From IMG/VR virus record IMGVR_UViG_3300026488_000010: DNA of 64,000 bases. One strand, given 5' to 3'. Shown here piece after piece: positions 49,151 to 57,991 of the stretch. How positions within the stretch are numbered: position 1 is the first letter of the stretch; every line of letters begins with the position of its first letter. Source of the DNA: a virus. The position numbers and the translations under genes were made by a program. Below the pieces are notes generated by a model that was given only the letters and a program-made list of their open reading frames with translations, did not search any database and had not been told where the DNA came from.

Positions 49151-49296
49151 AATAAGAACACATATGACCGCGAATAAGCGTCTGAGGATTCGAACCTCAG
49201 TAACCTAAAGCATTCACTGCCTTTCGCTAATCACCTTTTCGGTTTGCAACCCGTATAGTGTGTCGGCCGACAATTCGCGGTCATATGTATTCTTAT
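49151..49296 (-). ncRNA. tRNA-like RNA enclosed in a 24-bp terminal stem
   Basis: Terminal inverted repeat 49152-49175/49273-49296 with one U-G wobble in minus sense; canonical T-arm TGAGG-TTCGAAT-CCTCA. Confidence 0.65.
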
Positions 49297-49492
49297 GTAT
49301 TCTTATTAAATTTAAACAATAGAACCTTTCATCCAAAACGGGCGAACACTTAGTTCATCATAAACTTTATCCAATTCTTTTTGAGTATTTGCTAAACTTG
49401 AAGCGACTATCAATTCTCTAAAAGACATGTTTTTTAATTCTTTTTCTTTTTTCAATTTCTTTTCTTTTCTTTTCTTTTCTTTTTTTAATTTA

Positions 49493-49567
49493 TGGTGACC
49501 CTGCAGAGATTTGAACTCTGGTGACAGGCATGAAAAGCCTGGATCCTAACCACTAGATGACAGGGTC
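49493..49567 (-). tRNA. tRNA-Glu(UUC)
   Basis: Loop TT-TTC-AT, encoded CCA. Confidence 0.95.
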
Positions 49568-49568
49568 G

Positions 49569-49660
49569 TGGAGGAGAATGAGAGATTCGAACTCTCGGAC
49601 GATCAGAAACCGTCAACAGATTTCAAGTCTGCCGCCATCGACCAACTCGGCCAATTCTCC
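49569..49660 (-). tRNA. tRNA-Ser(UGA)
   Basis: Loop CT-TGA-AA, long variable arm, CCA. Confidence 0.95.
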
Positions 49661-49683
49661 ATATTATTATAACTTCTTTGTTG

Positions 49684-49760
49684 TGGTCGCATATCGAAGA
49701 CTTGAACTTCGGACCTCACCCTTATGAGGGGCACGCTCTAACCAACTGAGCTAATATGCG
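49684..49760 (-). tRNA. tRNA-CAU (Ile2 or elongator Met)
   Basis: Loop CT-CAT-AA; body nearly identical to tRNA-Ile(GAU); C1-G72 so not initiator. Confidence 0.9.
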
Positions 49761-49781
49761 GTAATATGCGATGGTGCCTGA

Positions 49782-49870
49782 TGGTGGATAGTGAGAGATT
49801 TGAACTCTCGGTACTCGAAAGTACGCTTCCTTAGCAGGGAAGTACCATAAGCCAGCTCGGCCAACTATCC
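49782..49870 (-). tRNA. tRNA-Ser(GCU)
   Basis: Loop CT-GCT-AA, long variable arm, CCA. Confidence 0.95.
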
Positions 49871-49910
49871 TTAAATTTTGTAGTTAAATGCAACTTACGC
49901 AAATCTAAAG

Positions 49911-49956
49911 ACAAGAAATGAGTAGCTACTTCACCGTTAGGCTCAGTAGCTACTCA
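49911..49956 (-). terminator. Hairpin + TTCTTGT element upstream of the tRNA array
   Basis: Stem TGAGTAGCTACT/AGTAGCTACTCA, then TTTCTTGTCTTTAG. Confidence 0.65.
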
Positions 49957-49974
49957 AAAAAATAATTTAATTGT

Positions 49975-50118
49975 CTAAAGGGTTGGAGGCCATTCTTTCG
50001 CGACGTTATCATTATTTTCCCAAGAGCTACTGAACATACTATTTTGCACATTTTCATTAGTTGAGGCACTAATCTGCATATCATTAATCGATTCAATATT
50101 TAATGTACAATTTTTCAT
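49975..50118 (-). CDS. 47-aa small protein
   Basis: Hand-translated MKNCTLNIESINDMQISAST...EWPPTL*; AAGGAA SD; promoter motif at 50154-50165. Confidence 0.55.
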   Translation of the reverse strand: MKNCTLNIESINDMQISASTNENVQNSMFSSSWENNDNVAKEWPPTL

Positions 50119-50241
50119 AATATGTTCCTTATTTTTTATATTTATTTTTCTTATACTTATTTGTTACCAGTGTTATTTTTTTACTCAAAATAATGCTATA
50201 AACTACTTAGACACGTTCCACTATTGTTGTGTCAATAATTT

Positions 50242-50411
50242 AAAAAAGTTCAGACCAGCTGCCCTGCTACATCTAAGTATGTATTAGACGGTTGCTATAC
50301 TCCGCTGAGTCATCATAACGTTTTTATCACCTCGGTACTTTATTACTAGACGATGATACTTTATAACTGCTTTTAACAGTAACGCTTTTATGCTCTCGTA
50401 TGAACTTTTTT
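50242..50411 (-). ncRNA. About 170-nt structured RNA of unknown class
   Basis: Closed by 11-bp AAAAAAGTTCA/TGAACTTTTTT; internal stems TATCATC/GGTGATA, ACTG/CAGT, TCTAA/TTAGA; no ORF. Confidence 0.5.
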
Positions 50412-50439
50412 AAATTATTTTAAATTATTTTGGACTTTT

Positions 50440-51250
50440 TAGAAGCTTGAGAATACAGCTTCTAAACGTGAATCTTAAAGACCTTATTTTTTAGTCTCTT
50501 TTCCACTTACGCGAGTAAGTACTTCACACGGTTGCAATTTTTATAGATCATGCGATTGATCTCTAACTTATAACTACTCATATTTTATCAACTTGAGAAC
50601 CTTGCGAGCTCTAAAAGACTACGAATCTATCATGAGACTTAATATAAAAGGATATTTGCCTTGGGGGCATCACCTCTCCATATTCAATAAATTGTATGGA
50701 ATTAAACCGCTTTCGTTATAAATGAATCTGAACTTTCCATGTGCTTTCGCTTATTTAATTTTCAGTTTAAAATTTAATCTAATTTTTGTGTGATACCAAT
50801 GTGTCAGATTAAGTGTGTCGTAACCTTTTGAGTCACAATATACACCACATCAGTTGTTCAGTTTTTTACACTAAACAATCCGTTGGATTTGCTCCTTATG
50901 AGAACACTCCCAACTTCTTGAAATTCGCCCTTGCTTTTACACTTGAACCTAATTTCTACCTTTACTTGCTATTATTTATATCGTTGGATAATTGTTAAGT
51001 AGGTCCCCCTACAAATAATGCTACAGCCGTAAGCCCTCACATCCTAGGTCGTTATCCCAAACAATTCGATTTTCTTAATGTATCTCATATTTCAATAAGA
51101 TATTAACGCAACAAACGTTAATCAAGTTAGCTTGCATAAACAAACTAGATGCTAACATCTAGCGATGATTTATCAGATCACCTTTACACCACTTACATGA
51201 TGATATTCGGATTATACTCCGACATAACTTTGACTGCTATGATTTTTCGC
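50440..51250 (-). ncRNA. GOLLD-like large ornate RNA (about 800 nt; boundaries approximate)
   Basis: ORF-free, GC-enriched, next to the tRNA array; GNRA hairpins; motifs GGTGTAAAGG, GACCTAG, AGCAAGGGCGAAT, GGAGTGTTCTCATA, CTCAAAAGG and 3' TTCTCAAGC resemble GOLLD as I recall it; needs a covariance-model search. Confidence 0.65.
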
Positions 51251-51372
51251 TGTTTATATCTCTAATACATAATTAATTAGATACTGAGATATAAACAACT
51301 ATATAAATACTCATATGTTTGTTTTAGAGTACTCAAATAGTTGTTTACAATATACTATTTCTATAGTAACTA

Positions 51373-51396
51373 TTTTCTATCTTTAAAGATAGAAAA
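51373..51396. repeat. 24-bp palindrome TTTTCTATCTTTAAAGATAGAAAA preceded by ATTTCTATAGTAACT
   Basis: Read directly; same pairing at about 52271-52309 and 57774-57807. Confidence 0.9.
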
Positions 51397-51435
51397 TAAT
51401 ATATTCCATTTAAATATTGAGATAAGGTTTAAACC

Positions 51436-51732
51436 TTATGCTCCGATTTTTTTACCTGATTTTGAGAGTTCAAACGCAAGTTTAGTACGCGCAGGTTTAG
51501 CTGGAATATCATAGAATGTTCCGGGAACTAGTGCATTCTCAACATTAAGACGAGCAGCAGTTGCTCTAACATCTTTACGTTTAAAAGTACCATTTTTACC
51601 AAATGCTGCTTTGCCATTTTCCATAGCTTCTTTCACAATTGTATCAATTACGAATTCTACTTTTTCTCTACCAGCATCAGCTGTTTCACCAAATTTCTCA
51701 CTAAATTTTGCATATAATTCTTTTTCAGTCAT
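51436..51732 (-). CDS. HU/IHF-like DNA-binding protein
   Basis: Start at 51732; G..AFGKNGTFKRKDVRA...RN-like arm, IPAKPA..KLAFELSK. Confidence 0.85.
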   Translation of the reverse strand: MTEKELYAKFSEKFGETADAGREKVEFVIDTIVKEAMENGKAAFGKNGTFKRKDVRATAARLNVENALVPGTFYDIPAKPARTKLAFELSKSGKKIGA

Positions 51733-51950
51733 ATAATTCTCCGTTAAGTTTTTTTTGAGTTTCCTCATAAAAGATTTTATAAAATATAAAAGCTTTTATA
51801 AAGAAATCAGATCGAGGAGAGAAGTCTCGATCTAATTTAGGACGTTCTAATGAAAAACAAAATATCTAATCAAGGATATAGATATGAGTAATAGTGACAT
51901 ATAATAAGCATTAAAGCATTAAAGCATTAAAGCATTAAAGGAGTCAAATT

Positions 51951-52079
51951 ATGAAATACAAAGTTGAGATAAGGGGTAGACAAAAAATACGAAACGCACG
52001 AAACACACACAAAACACGTGTCTTGTCAGACGAAAAGGAGTTAATTTCTTTTGTTTTGGTTTACTCAGATTTTATATAA
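51951..52079 (+). CDS. Possible 42-aa small protein
   Basis: AAGGAG SD directly after an AAGCATTA x4 repeat; MKYKVEIRGRQKIRNARN... Confidence 0.35.
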   Translation: MKYKVEIRGRQKIRNARNTHKTRVLSDEKELISFVLVYSDFI

Positions 52080-52315
52080 GATTATACATCATTAAAGATT
52101 TATCGCGTGTTTTATCGAGTGTTCACTTAATAAGTACTTAATACCTTTAATAAATTAAATTTTATTTCTGATCACCTGGCTGTTAAATATCAGCGCTCTA
52201 AATATAACAAATTATACTTAAAGCGTTGTATTTGAGTTACTTTATCTGTTTGTCTGTATTACATTTAATAATTTCTATAGTAACTTTTTCTATCTTTTAA
52301 GATAGAAAAATATAG

Positions 52316-52738
52316 TTACCAGGCGTTGAATCCGCCTGATGTACTAGGTGCTGTTATAGTACCTGCAGTTTTTTGGGTAGATGCTACAGTATTTGTGGCA
52401 TGTGTTGTGCTCACTGTATCAGATACAGCGATATCAGTTAACTCTACTAAATCATCAGTACTTTGATTTAATGCTTTAAATTCTTGTTTAACCATAAATT
52501 CTTTATACATATTTGTCTTAGCGAATAATTTAATTCCTAAATTTACGATTGTTTCACCATGAATTGCACTTGCCTCTTGAATAATAGTCATTGCATCTTT
52601 ATCTAAAGCAACTGTTACTTTAGATAGTACTTCATCACCAGCAGTGCTATTCATCTGAGGTTCAGATGAATATGATGTTGCAGGTGCAGGCTGTTGATGT
52701 TGCGGCTGTTTCGGCATATTTGCTGGAACTTCTAACAT
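52316..52738 (-). CDS. Hypothetical protein (possible partition adaptor)
   Basis: Two genes downstream of the actin-like gene; central KVTVALDKDAMTII strand-helix segment with disordered flanks; role is inference. Confidence 0.6.
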   Translation of the reverse strand: MLEVPANMPKQPQHQQPAPATSYSSEPQMNSTAGDEVLSKVTVALDKDAMTIIQEASAIHGETIVNLGIKLFAKTNMYKEFMVKQEFKALNQSTDDLVELTDIAVSDTVSTTHATNTVASTQKTAGTITAPSTSGGFNAW

Positions 52739-53145
52739 TATAATGATCCTTTGTTTGTTGTTATATTACCATGTAAAGATTTATCAAACACATCAAGGAG
52801 TTCATCAATGTCAGTATCATTAAAGGTTGTACTTTCTTCGATACTTTTAAGTGACTCCTTTAATGCTAGTTGTAATGATTCATTAATACTTTTAAGATTG
52901 TTTATTTCAACATCTCTTGCAGCATCAGCTGATTCATTATCCATTACTGATTGTTTAATAATTTTTAATAGTTCATCATCAGATGATACAGTTGCCTTTA
53001 AATTTAAGAAAATTGCTTCAAAATCTTTTAAATCTTTTTTATTGGCTTTTGTTAGCCCGCCAATTCGAGCATTGAGTTCAGTCTCGATGTAATCTTTTAA
53101 GATTTCACCTTGACCTTCCATGATTCTTTTTATACCATGTTTCAT
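52738..53145 (-). CDS. Coiled-coil hypothetical protein
   Basis: 135-aa ORF with AAGGA SD. Confidence 0.7.
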   Translation of the reverse strand: MKHGIKRIMEGQGEILKDYIETELNARIGGLTKANKKDLKDFEAIFLNLKATVSSDDELLKIIKQSVMDNESADAARDVEINNLKSINESLQLALKESLKSIEESTTFNDTDIDELLDVFDKSLHGNITTNKGSL

Positions 53146-53291
53146 ATATTATCCTTTTTTAATATATCGAATATTTCTACATTTCCAAAACTTTTTTGGA
53201 AACTTTATCATCTGTTAAATATTGATTATATTGTCTTAAAATTTTTGTTCTTCGTAGGCATATTCACCTAAAATGTGATTAGTTTAAAAAC

Positions 53292-54203
53292 TTAATTTGA
53301 AACTAAGGAATATCCATATGCATTTGAGAACTCTTTGGGGTTCTTATTCCATACTACATTCTTCATACCAATAAACCCTTCTAGTAGATAAGAACCTCCA
53401 CCTGCAATTAGCACAGTGCTAGCAAATTGTAAAGTTTTCTTTTCAGATACTAAAACCGAATTGATAAGTTTTTGTACGAATTTGCCTTTAAGATCTTCAA
53501 TTTTTGCTGGGATTGCTTCTTGAATTTCTCCACCAAGAGTTAATTCACCGTCCATGAAGATCTTTAATGCTTCTTGTTCAGAAAAAGGCATACCATATGC
53601 ACTTTCTAAAAAGTTTGAAAATGTTTTCATTATACTTACAACACCATGACCAGGAAACCCTTTCATGCGGGTTTGCATTGCTTGGCCTCTTTCAAAATAT
53701 AAAAAGTTAATAGTTCTGTAACCAATATCAATTACACATGCATCTTTAGGATGTTCTCCAGGTGCATCATCTTTTTGAGTAATGTATGCATAATATGCAC
53801 CTGCACCTTGAGGAGCAACAACCTCACAAGCAGTTGCAATTGTTTCATCATTTACTTTAAGAAACTGCAATCGTTCTTGAAATTCTGCACGTTTAGACCA
53901 ATCAGTTAATGCTAATCCAGTTATTAACTTTACGTCACCAGCTATTCCCAATTTCTTTAAAATATGAAATACCATTAGTGGTCCAAATTTATCTAGGAAT
54001 TTATAATCAGTTGTTGTAAAAGCTTCATCAGTTGCTGCTTCACCTACATAATATTGCTCACCCTCAAAATCATAAACACTTGATTGGCCAAATTCAATAC
54101 CCGCATCGTTTGCGAATGATATAGCGGTTGGAACTTTATAAAATTCACCATTAAACATAATCTTCGCTGCTGAGTATCCTAAATCTATAATAATTTTATT
54201 CAT
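53292..54203 (-). CDS. parM: ParM/StbA-family actin-like ATPase
   Basis: IIIDLGYSAAK (phosphate 1), YYVGEAA, PQGAGA, VIDIGYRTIN (phosphate 2), LIAGGGS, NAYGY. Confidence 0.85.
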   Translation of the reverse strand: MNKIIIDLGYSAAKIMFNGEFYKVPTAISFANDAGIEFGQSSVYDFEGEQYYVGEAATDEAFTTTDYKFLDKFGPLMVFHILKKLGIAGDVKLITGLALTDWSKRAEFQERLQFLKVNDETIATACEVVAPQGAGAYYAYITQKDDAPGEHPKDACVIDIGYRTINFLYFERGQAMQTRMKGFPGHGVVSIMKTFSNFLESAYGMPFSEQEALKIFMDGELTLGGEIQEAIPAKIEDLKGKFVQKLINSVLVSEKKTLQFASTVLIAGGGSYLLEGFIGMKNVVWNKNPKEFSNAYGYSLVSN

Positions 54204-54667
54204 TATTGTTCCTTTTTATATTTTTGAACTGCTTGAATTTCTTCTTTTGTAAATTTTTTGTGATCAACATAGTGTAGTACTAATTTACTTGCGTATTTAT
54301 CTAATTCGATTTCACGCTCAGCATCAGTTAAATCCTGAGCAGCTAAGTATACTCTAAATTCAGCAACTGTTTTTTCAACTAATAGATTGTATTGATCTTC
54401 ATCAAAGAATGCTATACCATTATCAACAACAGCTATGTAATGATCTTTACCTGTAATCTTTGCATGCATTTCTGCTCTTTGAACAATTGTGATAAATGAA
54501 TCAGCTAATGCTGCTCCATTAATCTCTGTTGAGATACGTTGTCTATCTTGCATGATTGTTTTTAACTCTGGTGTGAGTTCTGTTGCTTCTGTTACTTCTG
54601 TTGCTTCTGTTGCTTCTGTTACTTCTGTTGCTTCTGTTACTTCTGTTGCTTCTGTTACATTTTCCAT
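54203..54667 (-). CDS. Hypothetical protein with N-terminal (TEV/TEA)n acidic repeat
   Basis: 9-bp tandem repeats at about 54590-54660. Confidence 0.75.
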   Translation of the reverse strand: MENVTEATEVTEATEVTEATEATEVTEATELTPELKTIMQDRQRISTEINGAALADSFITIVQRAEMHAKITGKDHYIAVVDNGIAFFDEDQYNLLVEKTVAEFRVYLAAQDLTDAEREIELDKYASKLVLHYVDHKKFTKEEIQAVQKYKKEQ

Positions 54668-54669
54668 TT

Positions 54670-55062
54670 TTATTTCCTATTTTTTTTAATTATTTGTGAA
54701 ACTTCATATTCTGTTAGGTATTCGTTAATACCCATTCCTAAATACACATCTTTCAATATATTAGTTATCTGGTCAATATCTTTCTTTAATATACCATGTG
54801 CATGAACATCTATTTTATTTAAAAAATAAATATATGTTATATGAAATTCTTGTATTTTAAAGTATTTTAATGCTCCAATTCTTTCATCTGGATCTATACA
54901 CATTTCTTGCATTTCCATTATATTTTTAATGATTGCTTTTTTAAATCTATATTGACCTTTTGAATATTTTAACAATAACTCAACTATTTGCAATGTTTTT
55001 GATTGCAACATACTTATATGACATATAAAATATATCATCATCTGAAATTTATAAATCAACAT
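54670..55062 (-). CDS. Hypothetical protein
   Basis: Start probably 55062, just after the helicase stop. Confidence 0.5.
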   Translation of the reverse strand: MLIYKFQMMIYFICHISMLQSKTLQIVELLLKYSKGQYRFKKAIIKNIMEMQEMCIDPDERIGALKYFKIQEFHITYIYFLNKIDVHAHGILKKDIDQITNILKDVYLGMGINEYLTEYEVSQIIKKNRK

Positions 55063-55084
55063 CTTAATATTGATTCTTATTTTT

Positions 55085-57748
55085 TTAACCAAAATCAAAC
55101 CCTTCGTAACTAAATTCACTTGGATATTGTGTCTTAATATTGTTGACAAGTATATGTAACATATCTGGGAAGAAATTCATAAACTGTTGTGTAAACATGA
55201 AGTGCGCTTGAATGTCTTGATTCTTAGATTTGTCAATTCTTGTAATTCGTCCAAGTGATTGAATTACGGGAACCTTCCCAACAATAAGAGAACCGAAGAT
55301 GATTGCAGATAAATCTGATTTATCAAAACCTGCAGATAATAATTTAAAATTTGATACTAATGTATCCTTCGCTTTCATTATCTCACGTTCAGTACGATTA
55401 TCAGCAATTGTCCAAGATGTTTTTAAATCCAGGGTTGGAATAGTTGCTTGAACCTTAGCGATATCTTTTAATATTGGTTTAGTCAAACTATATTTATCAT
55501 CCTCTCCTTTGAGCAATTTTAATGCGACACATTTCTTTCTTTTAGGAAATACTTCAAAATAATGATCATAGTATGATTGTACTTGTTCAGGCGTTAAATA
55601 TTCTTTTGATTCATCTAATTTCTTTTTAGTTTCACCAATTATGACACCAACGTCGATTCCTCGTCTTTCTAATACAGCAGCCATTCTACGAACCATTTTA
55701 TTAGTTGCAAATAATATTGCTGTTTTATGACCATCTTTTATTCTATATTCAACCCAGTTAGCAATCCATTCAAAATAAACTTCTTTAGTTTCTAATATCA
55801 TATTATATGTTGCCATGAAACGAACATAATCAGTTCTTGAAAAAACTAATCTTTGAATTTCTTTCTCTGTGAACTCGATTATCCCATTATGTAAATTAAT
55901 TTTGGGTACAAGATTTTGATGATCTGATTTATATAATATACCACCAGTGTTATTCATAAATAGGAATTCATTGATACCTACTCTATATGGTGTAGCAGTC
56001 ATTGATAATACATTATCTGTTGAAAACATACAAGCGGTTTTAGAATAACCATCTGATGCATTACCAACATGCGCTTCATCGTATATAACTAAGCCAAAAG
56101 CGGAATACAATTCTACTAATATATTAATATCAATATTTTTTAATTGTGCATATAATGATTGAATTTTGGCGACAACTATATCTTTTTCAAATACACATTT
56201 TTTAATTAATGCATTTATATCTGAACCTTGAGCAATACCTATATCATCCTTCTCAAGATTTGTAAATTCAATAATTGATTCTACAAATTGTCCTTCTAAT
56301 ATATCATTAGGTACAATAATTAAAGATTTTGTTCCTACTAATTCAACAGTCTTTATAGCTACTATCGAATTATGAGTCACTGTAAAATCTCGAGTAATAT
56401 ATAAGTGATCTTTCGCGTCTATTGTAATACATCTAGAATTTTCTTGATAATCTAATTTTTCAATATTAACTATTGTTTTTGTATTTTTTTTAGGGTTGAT
56501 ATTAATCATAAATTCATATGCTTCATGACCTATACATATCTCACCTTTATGTTTAAACTTTGGTTCAGGTTTTATACGAATCTCATTCGCATAAATACCT
56601 AACGATCTGACAATATGTTGTAATTGATTAATTAATTTTTTTGATGAGCTATATAAAATCTTTGAATTTTTAGATTGATGATATGAATCAGTTAATAAAT
56701 ATGCTCTTAAAAATTCTTTACGTTCGTCTACTGATGCGAAAATATAATCATCAGGTATGGATTTATCGATTGATAATTTATCCATTAATTTGTACGATTT
56801 TAATAACTGTTTTAATTTTAAACTCGTTATTCTATATGAGTATTTATTAATTATAGAATATGTTGCATCAGAATCAAATTCTAAAATTTGTGAAAAAACC
56901 TCTTTAAACACATCACCTCTTAAATCTGCAAATGTTATTGCATCTCCTCTAAAACTACCATCTGCAATAAGTGCGCCCATTGCAAAAGATTTTAGTTTTA
57001 AATTTCTTTTTGTGTATTGAACTTCGTCGCATAAATTAATTTTATATTTATATTCTTGTTGGTAAGTTCCATATTTTGTTTTATATCGACCACTTTTATA
57101 ATTTTTTAAAATTTTAGATGTATCTATAGTTTCCCAACCTTTATTTTTATTGGTAATTTTATGTCTATTTTTAACGGTCCATAAGTGATCAATACCACAT
57201 TTTGTATATGTTCCATCTTGGAACGTTATTTTATAAACATCGCTTATTCCATGTTCATGAATATGTGTGACTTTTGTTGGTGTTCCATTTTTTCCAACAA
57301 TAAATGAACCTATTTTGAGTTCTCCCATTGTGACCCAACCATTAGGTGTAAGGATCGGTTCGCTGTATGGTTGTTGCTTACCGAAACCAGGTTGAGCAAC
57401 TATAAGACCATTTATAGAACCTTTTAACATAGCATCTTTAATCGCTTTAAACACTGGTATTTGCTCTTTTCTCGCTTCGATTGATGTTACCATCTTCTTT
57501 AACTTTACTGGAGCAATTTGCGCATCTTCTTTAGCTAAGTTATGTCGGCGTAAGATTTCAGCACCAACTTTATCAATCGCTAACTCACTATGATTATATT
57601 GCACAAAGAATTTTGGCAATACTACACCATAACCAACATCGAATACACCTAAGTCGCGGTCATCATATGGTATTGGTTTTTCATATTTATTCCATATACT
57701 GGACTGGGATTTTAAATATTCCCATTCAGTTTTGTAAATTATATCCAC
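55085..57748 (-). CDS. SF2 helicase (UvsW-like) containing an intein
   Basis: Walker A QPGFGK|S, DEAH, MTAT, SAGFD, QSLGRITR. Confidence 0.9.
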   Translation of the reverse strand: MDIIYKTEWEYLKSQSSIWNKYEKPIPYDDRDLGVFDVGYGVVLPKFFVQYNHSELAIDKVGAEILRRHNLAKEDAQIAPVKLKKMVTSIEARKEQIPVFKAIKDAMLKGSINGLIVAQPGFGKQQPYSEPILTPNGWVTMGELKIGSFIVGKNGTPTKVTHIHEHGISDVYKITFQDGTYTKCGIDHLWTVKNRHKITNKNKGWETIDTSKILKNYKSGRYKTKYGTYQQEYKYKINLCDEVQYTKRNLKLKSFAMGALIADGSFRGDAITFADLRGDVFKEVFSQILEFDSDATYSIINKYSYRITSLKLKQLLKSYKLMDKLSIDKSIPDDYIFASVDERKEFLRAYLLTDSYHQSKNSKILYSSSKKLINQLQHIVRSLGIYANEIRIKPEPKFKHKGEICIGHEAYEFMININPKKNTKTIVNIEKLDYQENSRCITIDAKDHLYITRDFTVTHNSIVAIKTVELVGTKSLIIVPNDILEGQFVESIIEFTNLEKDDIGIAQGSDINALIKKCVFEKDIVVAKIQSLYAQLKNIDINILVELYSAFGLVIYDEAHVGNASDGYSKTACMFSTDNVLSMTATPYRVGINEFLFMNNTGGILYKSDHQNLVPKINLHNGIIEFTEKEIQRLVFSRTDYVRFMATYNMILETKEVYFEWIANWVEYRIKDGHKTAILFATNKMVRRMAAVLERRGIDVGVIIGETKKKLDESKEYLTPEQVQSYYDHYFEVFPKRKKCVALKLLKGEDDKYSLTKPILKDIAKVQATIPTLDLKTSWTIADNRTEREIMKAKDTLVSNFKLLSAGFDKSDLSAIIFGSLIVGKVPVIQSLGRITRIDKSKNQDIQAHFMFTQQFMNFFPDMLHILVNNIKTQYPSEFSYEGFDFG
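56369..57376 (-). mobile_element. 336-aa intein with LAGLIDADG domain; class 3 signature, Gln1
   Basis: QQPYSEPILTPNGW...DHLW...GALIADG...RCITID...VTHN|S, inserted in Walker A. Confidence 0.9.
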
Positions 57749-57872
57749 GCGACTCCTTTTGTTTTATATATTATTTCTATAGTAACTTTTTCTATCTTTA
57801 AAGATAGTTTGGGTTTTATAAATATTTACCATAGAAATTAATATAGTAATATAAAAAGATAAAGGAAAAAGA

Positions 57873-57944
57873 ATGAAAAAGATACAGGAGTTAATCAAAT
57901 CGTTAGATAATTGGTTTGAAAGAATGTCTTATAGATGGTTTTAA
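57873..57944 (+). CDS. Possible 23-aa peptide
   Basis: MKKIQELIKSLDNWFERMSYRWF*; AAGGA SD; conserved upstream motif 57831-57851; palindromic hairpin over the stop. Confidence 0.4.
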   Translation: MKKIQELIKSLDNWFERMSYRWF

Positions 57945-57991
57945 AACCATCTATAAGACATTTATTTTATTTATAAATATAAATATTTTAC

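Noticed and set aside
49151-49296. Ordinary tRNA-Cys(GCA)
   Set aside because: No canonical D-arm, a mismatched acceptor, about 45 extra nt between the anticodon-like hairpin and the T-arm, and no CCA
49312-49490. 38-aa ORF and (TTTTC)n tract between tRNAs
   Set aside because: No SD and a low-complexity upstream region; insufficient support
48795-49870. tRNA-associated theta/HDV-like ribozymes
   Set aside because: tRNA 3' trailers are short or AT-rich, and I could not trace a nested double pseudoknot
50242-50411. 6S RNA
   Set aside because: Size fits, but the pairing I can trace is multi-branched rather than a rod with a central bubble
50813-50998. 61-aa plus-strand ORF
   Set aside because: GTG start with no SD, antisense to the structured large RNA
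39039-54203. phiKZ-type nucleus-forming phage
   Set aside because: No recognisable chimallin or PhuZ tubulin here; the cytoskeletal gene is actin-like and the morphogenesis genes are T4-like. The rest of the genome is not visible.
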